Assembly: GCA_965240325.2 (NCBI GenBank)
Contig: OZ251226.1
Span: 1,736,001-1,800,000 of the forward strand
Length of the DNA stretch: 64,000 nt
Source of the DNA: Rebecca billardiae RCC1528
Taxonomy: Eukaryota; Protista; Haptophyta
Reading direction: 5' to 3'
The notes below the pieces were generated by a model. The model had not been told where the DNA came from, did no database searches, and was given only the letters and a program-made list of their open reading frames with translations. Below, piece after piece: positions 12,366 to 25,619 of the stretch. Position numbers and translations under genes: made by a program. Position 1 is the first letter of the stretch. Each line of letters starts with the position of its first letter.

Positions 12366-14147
12366 TCATTCGTCTTGGGGTGGCAAGTTGTCGAGGTCGA
12401 TGGGCTGCGCGACGAGCACGGACGCACAGGCGAGGGCGAGGTCGGTTCAGCGCGCACGCGCGGCGCGCCAGCCGCGCAGCGCGGCGCGCACCTTGCGCTC
12501 CTCCGGCGGGAGTGTCGACATGATCTGGTCGTAGATCTTGAGCACATCGGCGACGGAGGTCTCGAAGTGGGAGGTCGCGTCGAAGGAGGTGGAGATGAAG
12601 CAGCCGTCCTTGCTGAAGTCGTTCACCGGCTCGTACACGTTGTTCAGCAGCGCGAAGATCTTGTCCGGCTTGCCGAGCAGCTTGAGCGCGGGCGCGAGCT
12701 CCTTGACCGGCTCCTGCGTCTCGACGGTCGAGGAGACGATAACGATGTACTTGTCCTTGGGCGCGACGCAGTTGGTCTGCCCGAGGCAGGTGACGTAGAT
12801 GTCGTGTTTGCGGCCCACCTGGTTCTGCGGGATGATGATCTGGCACGAGTCCGAGTTGTTCGTGTTGGGCAGCGGGTGCGACATGATGCAGACCATCCTG
12901 ATCACCTGCCCTGTCTGCTTCACCTTGTTGTCGTTGAGGAAATACGAAGGGTCGCCGATCACCATCTTGCACTTGGCCGTCTCGCCCTGGCTCGTCACGC
13001 CGCACACGCGCCCACTCTCGTCGTACTCGATCTTATCCACCGGCTTGTTCAGCATGTACACGCCGCCGTGCACCGCGCTCAGCCTGCGAGTGCGCGCGCG
13101 CGAGAGAGAGCGCGCGCAGACCCATTGGGCTGCTGTGAGCCGGCCAGCTCCGTGCCGGCGCGCGCCGCTGCCCGGGTGGCGCCGCGCAGGCTCCGGCAGC
13201 CGCGCAGGCCGGGCCCGCCCCGCGCCCCCCCCGCTGCCACGCCATGCACGCACGCCGCGCGTGCCGCACCTCGAGAACGCCTGCGGGAGCTCGCCCAGCC
13301 CGTAGAGCGGGTAGATGTAAGGCGACTTGCCGTACTGTGCGAGTGAGGTCGAGTACAGCTGGCAGCGCTTCACGAGCTCGAGCGCGGGCTGCTGCAGGTA
13401 CGCGTCGTTGGCGAAGAGCGCGAGCGCGTGGCCCACGAAGTCGACCGTCTCCTCTGACAGCCCAAAGTCCTTGAACAGCTCGGCGGCCGTCATCTTGTGC
13501 AGATTCCGGTTCTTGTGCGACTCGGGCTTGTCGTCGTCATAGTCCTGGACGTACAAGAGGAACGAGCGGAACCGCCGCTTCTCGAAGAGGCCCATCAGCC
13601 CGGACTGCAGCGCCTCGGTCTCGGTGGCGGGCACCTTGTACACTTGCCCCTTCTTGTACACGAACGAGCCGTCGATCTGCTTGAACTCGAGGTAGTGCGT
13701 CGTCTTGGTGTACAGCAGCATGCGGACGAGCTTGCCTGCGCGCGCGCGCGGCCGCGGAGCACGAGCGCGCGCGCAGCACGTGAGGTGAGCGCGAGGGCAC
13801 GGCTGGCAGGAGCGATGCGTCCACGACCAGAGCTGCCTCCAGCGCGAGCCCCACCCGCCCCACTGCGCGCCCCGGCCGCACGGCGCCGGGCGCACACCTG
13901 ACGCCATGATAAACTTCGGGATCAGGTCGATGTTGTAGTCGCGCACCTTGCCGAACTCGGGCGGAGGCTCGGTGCCGTTCGCGTACTTCTCGAACATCTG
14001 GGTGAGGTTCAGAGACGCGCTCTCGCCGCCGTAGTAGCTGTTGCGGTCCATGTGCAGCACCTTCTTGCCCGCGACCGACATGAGCCCAGAGAGCAGCGTG
14101 TCCTTCAGGCCCGTGCCCAGCACAATCACGTCATATTCCTCGTCCAT
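12366..14147 (-). CDS. GDI1: Rab GDP-dissociation inhibitor, 4 exons (14147-13898, 13735-13270, 13083-12492, 12404-12366)
   Basis: [74 protein letters not shown]. GT-AG introns at 13736-13897, 13084-13269 and 12405-12491 restore the frame. Confidence 0.97.
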
Positions 14148-14330
14148 GCCCTGCGGGGGCGAGCGGCAGCGCGGCGCGCGTGTGAGCGGACGCTCGTGCG
14201 CACTGGTTGTGGGCAGGCCCGCGTGCTGCTGCGCCGCGAGGGCCGCGCTAGCGCGCGCCGCCGACCTCTGTTCTCCGCGGCGGCAGCCACCCTTGTCAAG
14301 CGCGATACCTTCCGGAGACCGGAGTCCAAA

Positions 14331-15504
14331 CAAGGGTAGTAGTAGTAAGGGTGCGCAACTCCGCTGGCGACAGCCGCGGAGGTCGGGAGGGCTCTGTTTG
14401 CCTCGGCGAGCGGTGCGAGCGGAGCGGAGCGAGTACTATCAGCGGCGGAGGGCGGCGAGGCCGCGCACGGCGTGAGGCGCGACGTCGGCCGAGTCGGTCC
14501 GCAGAGGATGCGCGGCGCTCGGCCCGCTGCGCAGCAGCAGTGCGCCTCACTTTGCCCCGAGCGCCGTCCTCCTCGTCGCCTCCTTCCCGCCTTGGAGCAG
14601 CACGCATGTGCGCGCCGCCACAATGAAGGCGGCACGGGCTCGCTCGGAAGACCGCGCGCGCGTGGCGCGCGACTTGGTCGGCTGCGCGCGCGCGCTGCCG
14701 CGGGGCAAGGTAGCGCCATCGAATGCGCGCGCCGTGCCCGCGCGAGAGCGTGTACGCGCACGTGGGTGCGAGCTCACACGCATGCCGAATGCTGCCTGCG
14801 CATCCGACTTGCCGACTGTCGTGAAGCTGGAAAAGACAGCGGCGTGAGTGTTGGTACCATCGATGCCGAGCCTTAGCTTCCACTTGCATTCGTGCTGAGA
14901 AGGAATACACAAGACTTGGCCTTCGTCCTGGCTTTCCAATGTCACTCAACGCCCTGCTAATCGACCCGAACAGTGCCGGCGTGAGGCACAGCGAACCATT
15001 TGTGAGAGCAAGCAGGCAAGCGAGCACTACGCTCATGAGATGTCCGTGAGCAAAGGCTCGCGCGGGCACGGCGCGCGCATTCGATGGCGCTACCTTGCCC
15101 CGCGGCAGCGCGCGCGCGCAGCCGACCAAGTCGCGCGCCACGCGCGCGCGGTCTTCCGAGCGAGCCCGTGCCGCCTTCATTGTGGCGGCGCGCACATGCG
15201 TGCTGCTCCAAGGCAGGAAGGAGGCGACGAGGAGGACGGCGCTCGGGGCAAAGTGAGGCGCACTGCTGCTGCGCAGCGGGCCGAGCGCCGCGCATCCTCT
15301 GCGGACCGACTCGGCCGACGTCGCGCCTCACGCCGTGCGCGGCCTCGCCGCCCTCCGCCGCTGATAGTACTCGCTCCGCTCCGCTCGCACCGCTCGCCGA
15401 GGCAAACAGAGCCCTCCCGACCTCCGCGGCTGTCGCCAGCGGAGTTGCGCACCCTTACTACCCTTGGCTGTCGCCAGCGGAGTTGCGCACCCTTACTACC
15501 CTTG
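14331..15504. mobile_element. Non-autonomous foldback DNA transposon with ~410-bp TIRs and a 7-bp TSD (P-superfamily-like)
   Basis: Inverted arms at 14331-14746 and 15057-15466, termini CAAGGG...CCCTTG. The right end carries a 38-bp tandem duplication. GTCCAAA is repeated at 14324-14330 and 15505-15511. Confidence 0.88.
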
Positions 15505-15636
15505 GTCCAAAGGCGTGCGTGCGTTGGGACCTTGAGGCGCGGCCGCGCGGTCGCAAAAAGAAAAATGAAAATCGCGCGGCTGCAGGCAGGAAAATCGCCG
15601 GCAGTCGCGCGCTCGTCGTCCGCGGCAGCCATCATC

Positions 15637-16347
15637 ATGATGATCACGCGACGCGTCGCCCCGTCGACGCCATGGGCGATCGTGGGCGCGCGCGCAATGT
15701 CGCGTGTGGGGCTGGTGCCTGTCAAAATCCCCACTGGAGCGGCTGTCAAAGTCGAGGCCGTCGCGCCACCCCTGGGTGACATCCTGGAGTATCCGGTGAA
15801 CAAGCGCCTGTGGCGCGCCAAGCCGCGCACCGGCAAGGAGCATGACTTTGGCGACTGCGACGTGGTGACGGTCACAGGGCCGAAGGGGGAGGTGTCGCGG
15901 AAACTGCACTCGGTCGTGCGGGCGCGCGTCGAGGGCGACAACGTCGTCGTCGAGCCGCGCTGCGGTGGGAACTCGCGATGCGGCCGGACGATGTGGGGCA
16001 CCTCTCGAGCGCACATCGCCAACATGGTCCACGGCGTGACACGCGGCTACAAGCGCGATCTCGAGCTCGTTGGCGTGGGCTTCCGCGCGGCGATGCAGGG
16101 CGATGGCATCATGTTCAAAATCGGCTTCTCGCACGACGTGACGTACCGCGTGCCCGACAGGATGCAGCACCTCGCGCAGCTGTCCGTGCCCAACCAAACG
16201 ACCATCTCCGTGACGGGCATCGACAAGCACGCTGTGAACGAGGTGGCCGCGCAGATTCGTGACCTGCGCAGGCCGGAGCCCTACAAGGGCAAGGGTATCC
16301 GCTACGCCGGCGAGGTCATCAAGCTGAAGCAGGGCAAGAAGAAGTGA
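15637..16347 (+). CDS. rpl6: Bacterial-type ribosomal protein uL6, nuclear-encoded, probably mitochondrial
   Basis: MSRVG..PV.IP, VTGPKGEV, WGTSRAHIANMVHGV, LELVGVGFRA, IGFSH and RRPEPYKGKGIRY. Short Arg-containing N-terminal extension. Confidence 0.95.
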   Translation: MMITRRVAPSTPWAIVGARAMSRVGLVPVKIPTGAAVKVEAVAPPLGDILEYPVNKRLWRAKPRTGKEHDFGDCDVVTVTGPKGEVSRKLHSVVRARVEGDNVVVEPRCGGNSRCGRTMWGTSRAHIANMVHGVTRGYKRDLELVGVGFRAAMQGDGIMFKIGFSHDVTYRVPDRMQHLAQLSVPNQTTISVTGIDKHAVNEVAAQIRDLRRPEPYKGKGIRYAGEVIKLKQGKKK

Positions 16348-16813
16348 TGACGTATGGCTCGCAGCACGACGTTTAGCTCGAGCAGATCGCGCGGCGCGCG
16401 TGGCCTTGTGATGAGACACGGACACGGGCCTCGGCTTACGTCAGAGTGGCTTCGGCCTGATCCCGTAGTCAGTGAAGACGATGCGACTGTTACAGTATCT
16501 CGTTACCAAGTAGTCTCAGCGTAGCGCCTATGGCTACGCAGCGGCAGCGCGGTCCCGGGTCGGACCGCGTCGCGGCCGGGTCGCGCCGGCGGCCCGCGCC
16601 CGCGGCCCCGCGCCCGCGGGCGGCGGCCGGCGGGGCTCGCCGGCCTCGCGCCGGGCCGGTCGCGCTTTGAAAACATTATAAGCAGGGCGCGTAGGGCCGC
16701 GCCGGGTGGACCGGACTACGGCCGGAGCCAGCACCATATTATCGGCTTATTGCAGGTAGCATTGCCGAGTAGACAGTAGTCGTATACGGATAGTATATAT
16801 ATAGAGAGAGCTC

Positions 16814-18717
16814 ATGGCCCGCGGTGCAGGGCGGAGCGCGTAGCGTGGAGCCCCGCCGGGGGCCCTCACTACGTTGTCAAAAAGATCTTTTGATCAAAGA
16901 AAAGGGGACGGGGGACGATTTTGAGGGCTTTGGAGGGTGAATTTTCGCTAATTTTCGAGGGGTACACCGTACATTGCTGTCTATCCGCAAGAAGCGATTG
17001 ACGAAATAGGCGCGCCCGGACGTGAGTCATAAGAAAGATCGAAGGCCGTCACATTGTCAGTAAACGAATCTGCGCCATTGTGGTAATGCCCGGGGCCGGA
17101 CTCCGCCCAGCACCAGCACCGGACAACAGTGATCCACTCCGGACTGGGCGGTCGGCGATCGTTCCCCGCGATGACCAGTGGGTCACCGCCTCGACCGCAG
17201 TCAAACGCGGGGGCGCGGGCGCGCGCGCACTTGTCGCGCAAGACAGATCAGAAATCCTGATTCCTGGACGCGCACGCGAACCGGCTCGGCATGCGGAACG
17301 CGTTGATGCGCTTGGGGACGCACGACATCGGGCCGTTCTGAAACGACACCGGGCGAAACTCTACCGCGACCGCGTGCACGCGCGGACCGCAGGCCGCGTG
17401 ACGACTGCGACACTGCGCGACGCGAAGGAGCAGGTGCTGGCGCCGCAGATGGCGGTGCGGGCGTTCTGCCCGAGCTGCAACAACCCGCTGCTCTCGGGCC
17501 AGGTGCATCAGCGCATCCAGGACCGCCGCTGCCACGTGCTAACCAAGGTGGTCAGGGCATGAGACACGCGACCGTGTGCGAGCAAGGCGTGCCAAGATGA
17601 TCGACACGGCGAAGCAGGTGGTGATCGAGGCGCTGAGCCTGATCATGGTGAGGCGCATCTTCTCGACCTGCCCGACGCGCAGACCACGCAGGCGTCGCTT
17701 CCGGGCGCGTGGGACTCGCGCACCAAGACGCTGTGGCGCGTGGACCCTGTCGGAGTCTGTGCGCGGCGCGCGCGCGCGCGTGCGCGCGCGACGGGCACGT
17801 GGCGCGCCGACCAGCCGTACGGCGCTGACTGTTGACGCACCTCGCGCATGCGCTACCCCGGTCGCGCCGCCGCCGCCGCCGCGCAGGCATGCTCTCGTAG
17901 GAGGAGACGGCGGAGCTGCGCGCACACATGGCCGCGCGCGGCTCTCGGTCGGACGCGGTCGGCGATCACGGGCGCGCTGCCGGCCCGGCGCGCCGCTGAA
18001 CGACGAGTAGGCCGCGCTGGAGGAGTACGTCCGCCGCCGCGCTCCGCCTGCGCGAGCAGCGCTCCGCCGCGCCCGACCCGCTGGCCGAGCAGCTGCGCAG
18101 CGACCGCGCCATCGCAGAGCAGCTGCAGCGCGAGGAGATGGCGGCACGCGCGGGCGGCGCGCCCGTGACGCTGCACTCGGCCGAGGTCGACGAGGACGCG
18201 CAGATGGCGCTGGCGCTGCTGCTCGTGTGCGAGGCGTGCGACCAGGACACACGCGCGCTGCGCAACGCTGAGCGCCGGATCCGTTTTCGGCGCCGTAAGG
18301 TACGCAAGGCGCTGGCAGCGGAGCGCACCGGGGCGGCGGCGCATGCGCGCACGCGGCGCGCTCGCGGTCGATGCGCGGCAACTCCAACCGCCTCGGCAAG
18401 CGCAAGCAGCGGGACGAGGGCGGCGCCGCGGCGGCGGGTGCGATGAACAAATCGGACGAGCGCGCCAAGTCCCGACGCATCGCCAACGCCGCCAAGCTGT
18501 TCGAGGACATGGACGGCGACGAGATCGCGGCCGCGGCGCACGCGGCGGGCAAGCTGGACTGCCAACTTGCGTGACGCGTCTCGCAGACTGCCACTGCCAC
18601 TGGGCCTGGCCCATTATAAATCTTCATACGACATTGAGCAGCCGAGCAGCCGACGGAGGGTGCACCGCGGGCCCCTAACTGCGTTGGTTCTACGGAAGGA
18701 CCGCGGAACGCGGTCAT
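16814..18717 (+). mobile_element. Family A element, copy A5 (1904 bp)
   Basis: Both conserved termini. The 5' ~250 bp are shared with A7. Internal sequence is unique, with fragmentary coding-like frames (e.g. FCPSCNNPL). Confidence 0.9.
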
Positions 18718-18931
18718 ATATATATGGCGGGCCGTATATATACCTGACTCACTGAGTCACTCCGAGTGACTCACCAATGATACTGACCGCCGTGGCGCGG
18801 GCCGAGCGGACGCACGCCGTGTGCGGCAGTGTGGCAAGCCCTCTGCAGCTCGTCACAACGCGCGCCCGTCCGGGTGACGCTGCCGGGCGACGCGCGCGCC
18901 AGCCGGTGCGCTGTGCACAAGCTGACCCGGC

Positions 18932-20500
18932 ATGGTCAACGTGGTGAGCCCCGCGTGTGATCACACCGGCTGCACCACGCAGCCTTACTTCGGCATGCCG
19001 GGCGAGCGGCGCGCTAGCCGGTGCGCTGCGCACAAGCTGGCCGGCATGGTCGACGTGAAGAGCCGCAAGTGTGATCACGCCGGCTGCACCAAGCAGCCTG
19101 CGTTCGGCATGCCGGGTGACGCACGCGCCAGCCGGAGTGCTACGCACAAGCTGGCCGGCATGGTCGACGTGAAGAGCCCCAAGTGTGATCACGCCGGCTG
19201 CACCACAAGGCCTTTGTTTGGCATGCCGGGCGACGCGCGCGCCAGCCTTTGCGCTACGCACAAGCTGGCCGGCATGGTCGACCTGAAGAACCGCAAGTGT
19301 GATCACGCCGGCTGCACCAAGCAGCCTGCGTTCGGCATGCCGGGTGACGCACGCGCCAGCCGGTGTGCTACGCACAAGCTGGCCGGCATGGTCGACGTGA
19401 AGAGCCCCAAGTGTGATCACGCCGGCTGCACCAAGCAGCCTGCGTTCGGCATGCCGGGCGACGCGCGCGCCAGCCTTTGCGCTACGCACAAGCTGGCCGG
19501 CATGGTCGACGTGAAGAACCGCAAGTGTGATCACGCGGGCTGCACCACGCGGGCTTACTTCGGCATGCCGGGCGACGCGCGCGCAAGCCGGTGCGCTACG
19601 CACAAGCTGGGCGGCATGGTCGACGTGAAGCACCCCAAGTGTGATCACACCGGCTGCACCAAGGTGCCTAACTTCGCCATGCCGGGCGAGCGGCGCGCTA
19701 GCCGGTGCGCTGCGCACAAGCTGGCCGGCATGGTCGACGTGAAGAACCGCAAGTGTGATCACGCCGGCTGCACCAAGGGGCCTTTGTTTGGCATGCCGGG
19801 CGACGCGCGCGCCAGCCTTTGCGCTACGCACAAGCTGGCCGGCATGGTCGACGTGAAGCACCCCACGTGTGATCACGCGGGCTGCACCACGCGGCCTTGC
19901 TTCGGCATGCCGGGCGACGCGCGCGCCAGCCGGTGCGCTACGCACAAGCTGGCCGGCATGGTCGACGTGAAGCACCCCAAGTGTGATCACGCGGGCTGCA
20001 CCACGCGGCCTTACTTCGGCATGCCGGGCGACGCGCGCGCCAGCCGGTGCGCTACGCACAAGCTGGCCGGCATGGTCGACGTGAAGCACCCCAAGTGTGA
20101 TCACGCGGGCTGCACCACGCGGCCTTACTTCGGCATGCCGGGCGACGCGCGCGCCAGCCGGTGCGCTACGCACAAGCTGGCCGGCATGGTTCACACTCGG
20201 CTCGCCGTCCCCAAGCGCAGGCTGGAGCATGGCACTGGCGACCAGGGCACACGCGCAGCTAAGCGACAGCACAAACGCACCGGCCGCATTGCAACTGTCT
20301 CGGACGCCGCCCCGCAGCTGCCCCAACCGCCGCCGCTGGTCGGAAGGCCAGAGACAGGCAACGGGGCGGATTGCCGAATGCCGCCACACTGGCCACGCGG
20401 TGACACAGGCATTGCTGATGATGAGTCGTCGTCTGACCGTTGGACGGTGATGGCATCCGATCTGTCATCCTCTGCTGACGATGACGATGAATTTCACTAG
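18932..20500 (+). CDS. EsV-1-7-type cysteine-rich repeat protein: 11 tandem 38-aa (114-bp) repeats, possibly 5'-truncated
   Basis: Unit MVDVKxxKCDHAGCTxxPxFGMPGDARASRCATHKLAG fits the C-x4-C...FG...C-x2-HK..GMV EsV-1-7 motif. A frameshifted partial repeat lies upstream at ~18880-18931. Confidence 0.88.
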   Translation: MVNVVSPACDHTGCTTQPYFGMPGERRASRCAAHKLAGMVDVKSRKCDHAGCTKQPAFGMPGDARASRSATHKLAGMVDVKSPKCDHAGCTTRPLFGMPGDARASLCATHKLAGMVDLKNRKCDHAGCTKQPAFGMPGDARASRCATHKLAGMVDVKSPKCDHAGCTKQPAFGMPGDARASLCATHKLAGMVDVKNRKCDHAGCTTRAYFGMPGDARASRCATHKLGGMVDVKHPKCDHTGCTKVPNFAMPGERRASRCAAHKLAGMVDVKNRKCDHAGCTKGPLFGMPGDARASLCATHKLAGMVDVKHPTCDHAGCTTRPCFGMPGDARASRCATHKLAGMVDVKHPKCDHAGCTTRPYFGMPGDARASRCATHKLAGMVDVKHPKCDHAGCTTRPYFGMPGDARASRCATHKLAGMVHTRLAVPKRRLEHGTGDQGTRAAKRQHKRTGRIATVSDAAPQLPQPPPLVGRPETGNGADCRMPPHWPRGDTGIADDESSSDRWTVMASDLSSSADDDDEFH

Positions 20501-20574
20501 GTCTAGTACTACTGCTGATGGCATCACCGCGATCTAAGTCGTTGTCGCGATATATATATATATATATATATACA

Positions 20575-23208
20575 CACAGTGCCGGAAAACTGCTCAGGGT
20601 GACGTTTTAAGTTGTCCGCACCACTAGTCGAATCATCGGACAATTCTGAAGCGGTGCGCCTAAATTCGGCGCACCATAGGCGCGTCGAATCGTGGCACAG
20701 ACCTTGGTAGCAGGCCACACCTGAGCGCGCTGCGCGCGCCGACGCGCGCTCGGCGCGGGCAAAAAATCATGCGCCGTTGGCATTACGCAGCCCCGCGCAG
20801 CGCTGTGCTCGAGCTCGGCGGCGGCGAAAGCGGGCGGGCGCACACGGCGGTGCGCGTGCGCGCTGCTCCGAGCGCAGCTGCGGCCACCCCGGCGGCATAC
20901 CGCCGGTCGAGGGCACGAAAACCGATTTTTCGGGAAAATGCAGAGCAGCGGCGCCCGAGCGCGCCCGAGCTCGTCGCAGCACAGTCTCCTGGTGGCTGCG
21001 CCCCGTGAAGCCACGCCACGCGGGGCGCTGGCGTGCGCGTGGCCTGCGCCCACCGTGCGCTGCCCGATCATGGCCGTCGACCGCTCCGAGCGCCTCACCA
21101 CGCGTGCTCGAGCCCACCGATACTGACGCCCGAGCACGGTGCCGGCAGCGCTCGCAGGTGGGCGTCGGAGAAAACACGCCGGCCGAACGAGCTTGAAGCG
21201 TCCGCCGCGATGCCAACGGCAGCGGACGACGTGCGCGCCACCTCGGCGCCAGTCGCCCAGCCCTTGCGCGGCGGTGCGGGCTCGCTCGTTCGCCGCCATC
21301 AGCTGCGCGCGCGCAGCCCGATCACTGCCCGCTGGTTCTGTTGTCGAGCAGCTGCGGCCTGCCACGCGCACTGCCGGACATTGAGCCACAGCGCGAGCAC
21401 GCGCCTCGTCTGGCACGCGCGAGCACTCAGCATCGTGCGTGGCCACCATGACGCGCCCATCTGCGCCAGCAGCGATGAGCACGCCGCCGTTCAGCTCGCA
21501 TCGGGCTCGCTCGCGACGCAGCAACGCGCGGCCGTAGCGGCAGCAGCGGCGCCGTCGAGCACGCGCAGCAAACAAATATGCAGCGCGGGCGAGTCGACGG
21601 TCTGGAAAATGCGCGATCACGCCACAGCAGGCTGGCAGAGCCCGCCCGAGCTGCAGCATGCCGTAGGTGCTGCCCCAAGCTCTCGACTGCCCGTAAGCGG
21701 CGGCATGTGCGGCGGCGCCGGCGGCGGCCATGCTGCCACGCCGTTGCGCGCTGCGGGGCGCCGTCGGCACCTCCGTGGTGAAGCGCACAGAGCTCGAGCC
21801 CACGGGGGCTGGCGACCGTCAAACCGACACCCCATGACGCGGGGCTGCGTGCGCCAGCTGCGCGCACTCCGTGGGCCCACCTAGCCCGCTCGAGCAGCTC
21901 GCCTTGGGTGCGCGCAGCGGCTCGAGCACACTGGTATGGGACGCCTGCCTGCGGTGCCGCCGAGCACATGCGGCCGACGGTCACTCAGCACGGGCGACTC
22001 GACGGCGGCGAGCAGGCGCGACGGCCTCGCCGCGCCGCGGAAAAGCCTGCCCGGGCTGCAGCACGCCGTAGGAGCAGCCCAGCGCCCTCCTCCGCCCTCC
22101 AGCTTCAGCGCGCGCAGCAGGCCCGGCGGCGGCCATGCTGGCGTGCCCAAGCATGAAGATGGGCGCGGCCGGCCGCGCCGTCGCAAAGCGCGCAGAACTC
22201 GAGCTCGGGGGGGCGGACGGCCGCCAAACTGGCGCGGCAGGACGTGGCACTGCGTGCGCCAGCTGCGCGCACCCGCTGCGCCCGCGTGGCCCGTGCGAGC
22301 GCCGCGCCTCGAGCACACGCAGCTGCTCGACACAGCCACGGCAGTGTGGCTTGTGCGCGTGCACGTGATCAGTCTCAGCTCTGAGGCGCGCGCTCAGGAG
22401 GGCTGCGGCCGGGCCGAGCGCGATCTGCGCGGACGGTACAGCCTGGCGGCTCATGCCAGCCAGCCCAAAGCCCGCTCCGCCATCCGCGTCATGGCGCTCC
22501 AGCCTCTCGCGTGCTGCGCTGCAGCCGCGCTCGGCAAAGACGTCGCCCAGCCCGCCTTGCACGCGGCTGAGCAGTGGCAGCCAGGCGAAGCGTCGTCGCG
22601 GGCGAGGCTGCGCTGGGTGATGCGGCTCGGGTCGGTGGGCAAGTCGCACCCCGCCGTCGGTCGCCTCCACGCCTCAGGCTCGCTCGAGGTCAAAGACAAC
22701 TGCGCGGCGCGGCGTTTGCGCGGGCGGGCCGCGGGCGTGGCGGGGTGTACGCGTGCAATGTCACAGCCTCCCATGCACAATTTCAGGAGGGTGAGACGCA
22801 CCGCCAGCGGCACCCGCACACAATCCCACCCTGCGCGAGCCACCTGCCGTGTCGACTGAAGCATCAGGCTCGGGCGCAACCGCGGGCGGCGCATGCAAGA
22901 AGCTCGCGAAACGCACCGCGCGCGCCGTGAGGGCGAAAGGAGAGCACCCGTCAGGGCGGCGAGGAACTTGCCCAGCGCCACGCGGAAGACGACCCCAGCC
23001 CGCGTCGACGCATAGTCGGGCCCGCGAGCAGCCTCGTCGGTCTTCGCCGAGTAGATCGCGCCGCGAGCCGAGGCACCGCTCGTTTGAGGCTCCGTCCGCC
23101 GCGAAGTCGCGGCTTCCACCCGAGTTCCACTGTCCGGCCGAGACCGGATTCGCTGACTCGAGCTGCGGACCGTCCGAAGCGTCACGGAAAATTCCAATCC
23201 TGCACTGT
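20575..23208 (+). mobile_element. Family B element, copy B1 (2.63 kb, CACAGTG terminus, non-autonomous)
   Basis: Near-identical inverted copy of 42679..45311. Starts CACAGTGC and ends GCACTGT (terminal G absent). Flanked by (TA)n. Confidence 0.9.
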
Positions 23209-23226
23209 ATATATATATATATATAT

Positions 23227-25347
<2,121 letters not shown>

Positions 25348-25619
25348 CGGCTACGCCGATCTTCGGGTAGTGAACAACGAAGTTGAGCGCGCACGGCCCT
25401 AGCAGCCGGCTTGTGACGACACGGTCGGACGGTCGGACGGTGCATGCGCCGTGCAGCCGAGTCACACTGGCGAGTCAGCCGACTGCCAAGTGCTCGGCTC
25501 AGTGTGAACGGCGACGCAGCTGAGGCAGAGCGGCGCGCAATAAGATCCGACAGCCGGGCGGCGGCGCCGGGGGTGCACGCGAGCTCGCACGCGCGTTGTG
25601 TGCGCAGCCGCGCTGCGCG

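Noticed and set aside
12405-13897. All three Rab GDI introns are multiples of 3 (162, 186, 87 bp), two of them stop-free
   Set aside because: Other introns in the window (217, 98, 143, 79, 154, 137 bp) are not 3n, and stop-free introns are expected at this GC content.
18932-20185. Regular repeat array as a possible CRISPR
   Set aside because: The units are contiguous 114-bp in-frame coding repeats without unique spacers, there are no cas genes, and the context is eukaryotic.
20607-23197. Long ORFs in family B as a transposase
   Set aside because: Arg/Ala-rich frames with no DDE, HUH or recombinase motifs; the 2-bp indel between copies shifts frames.
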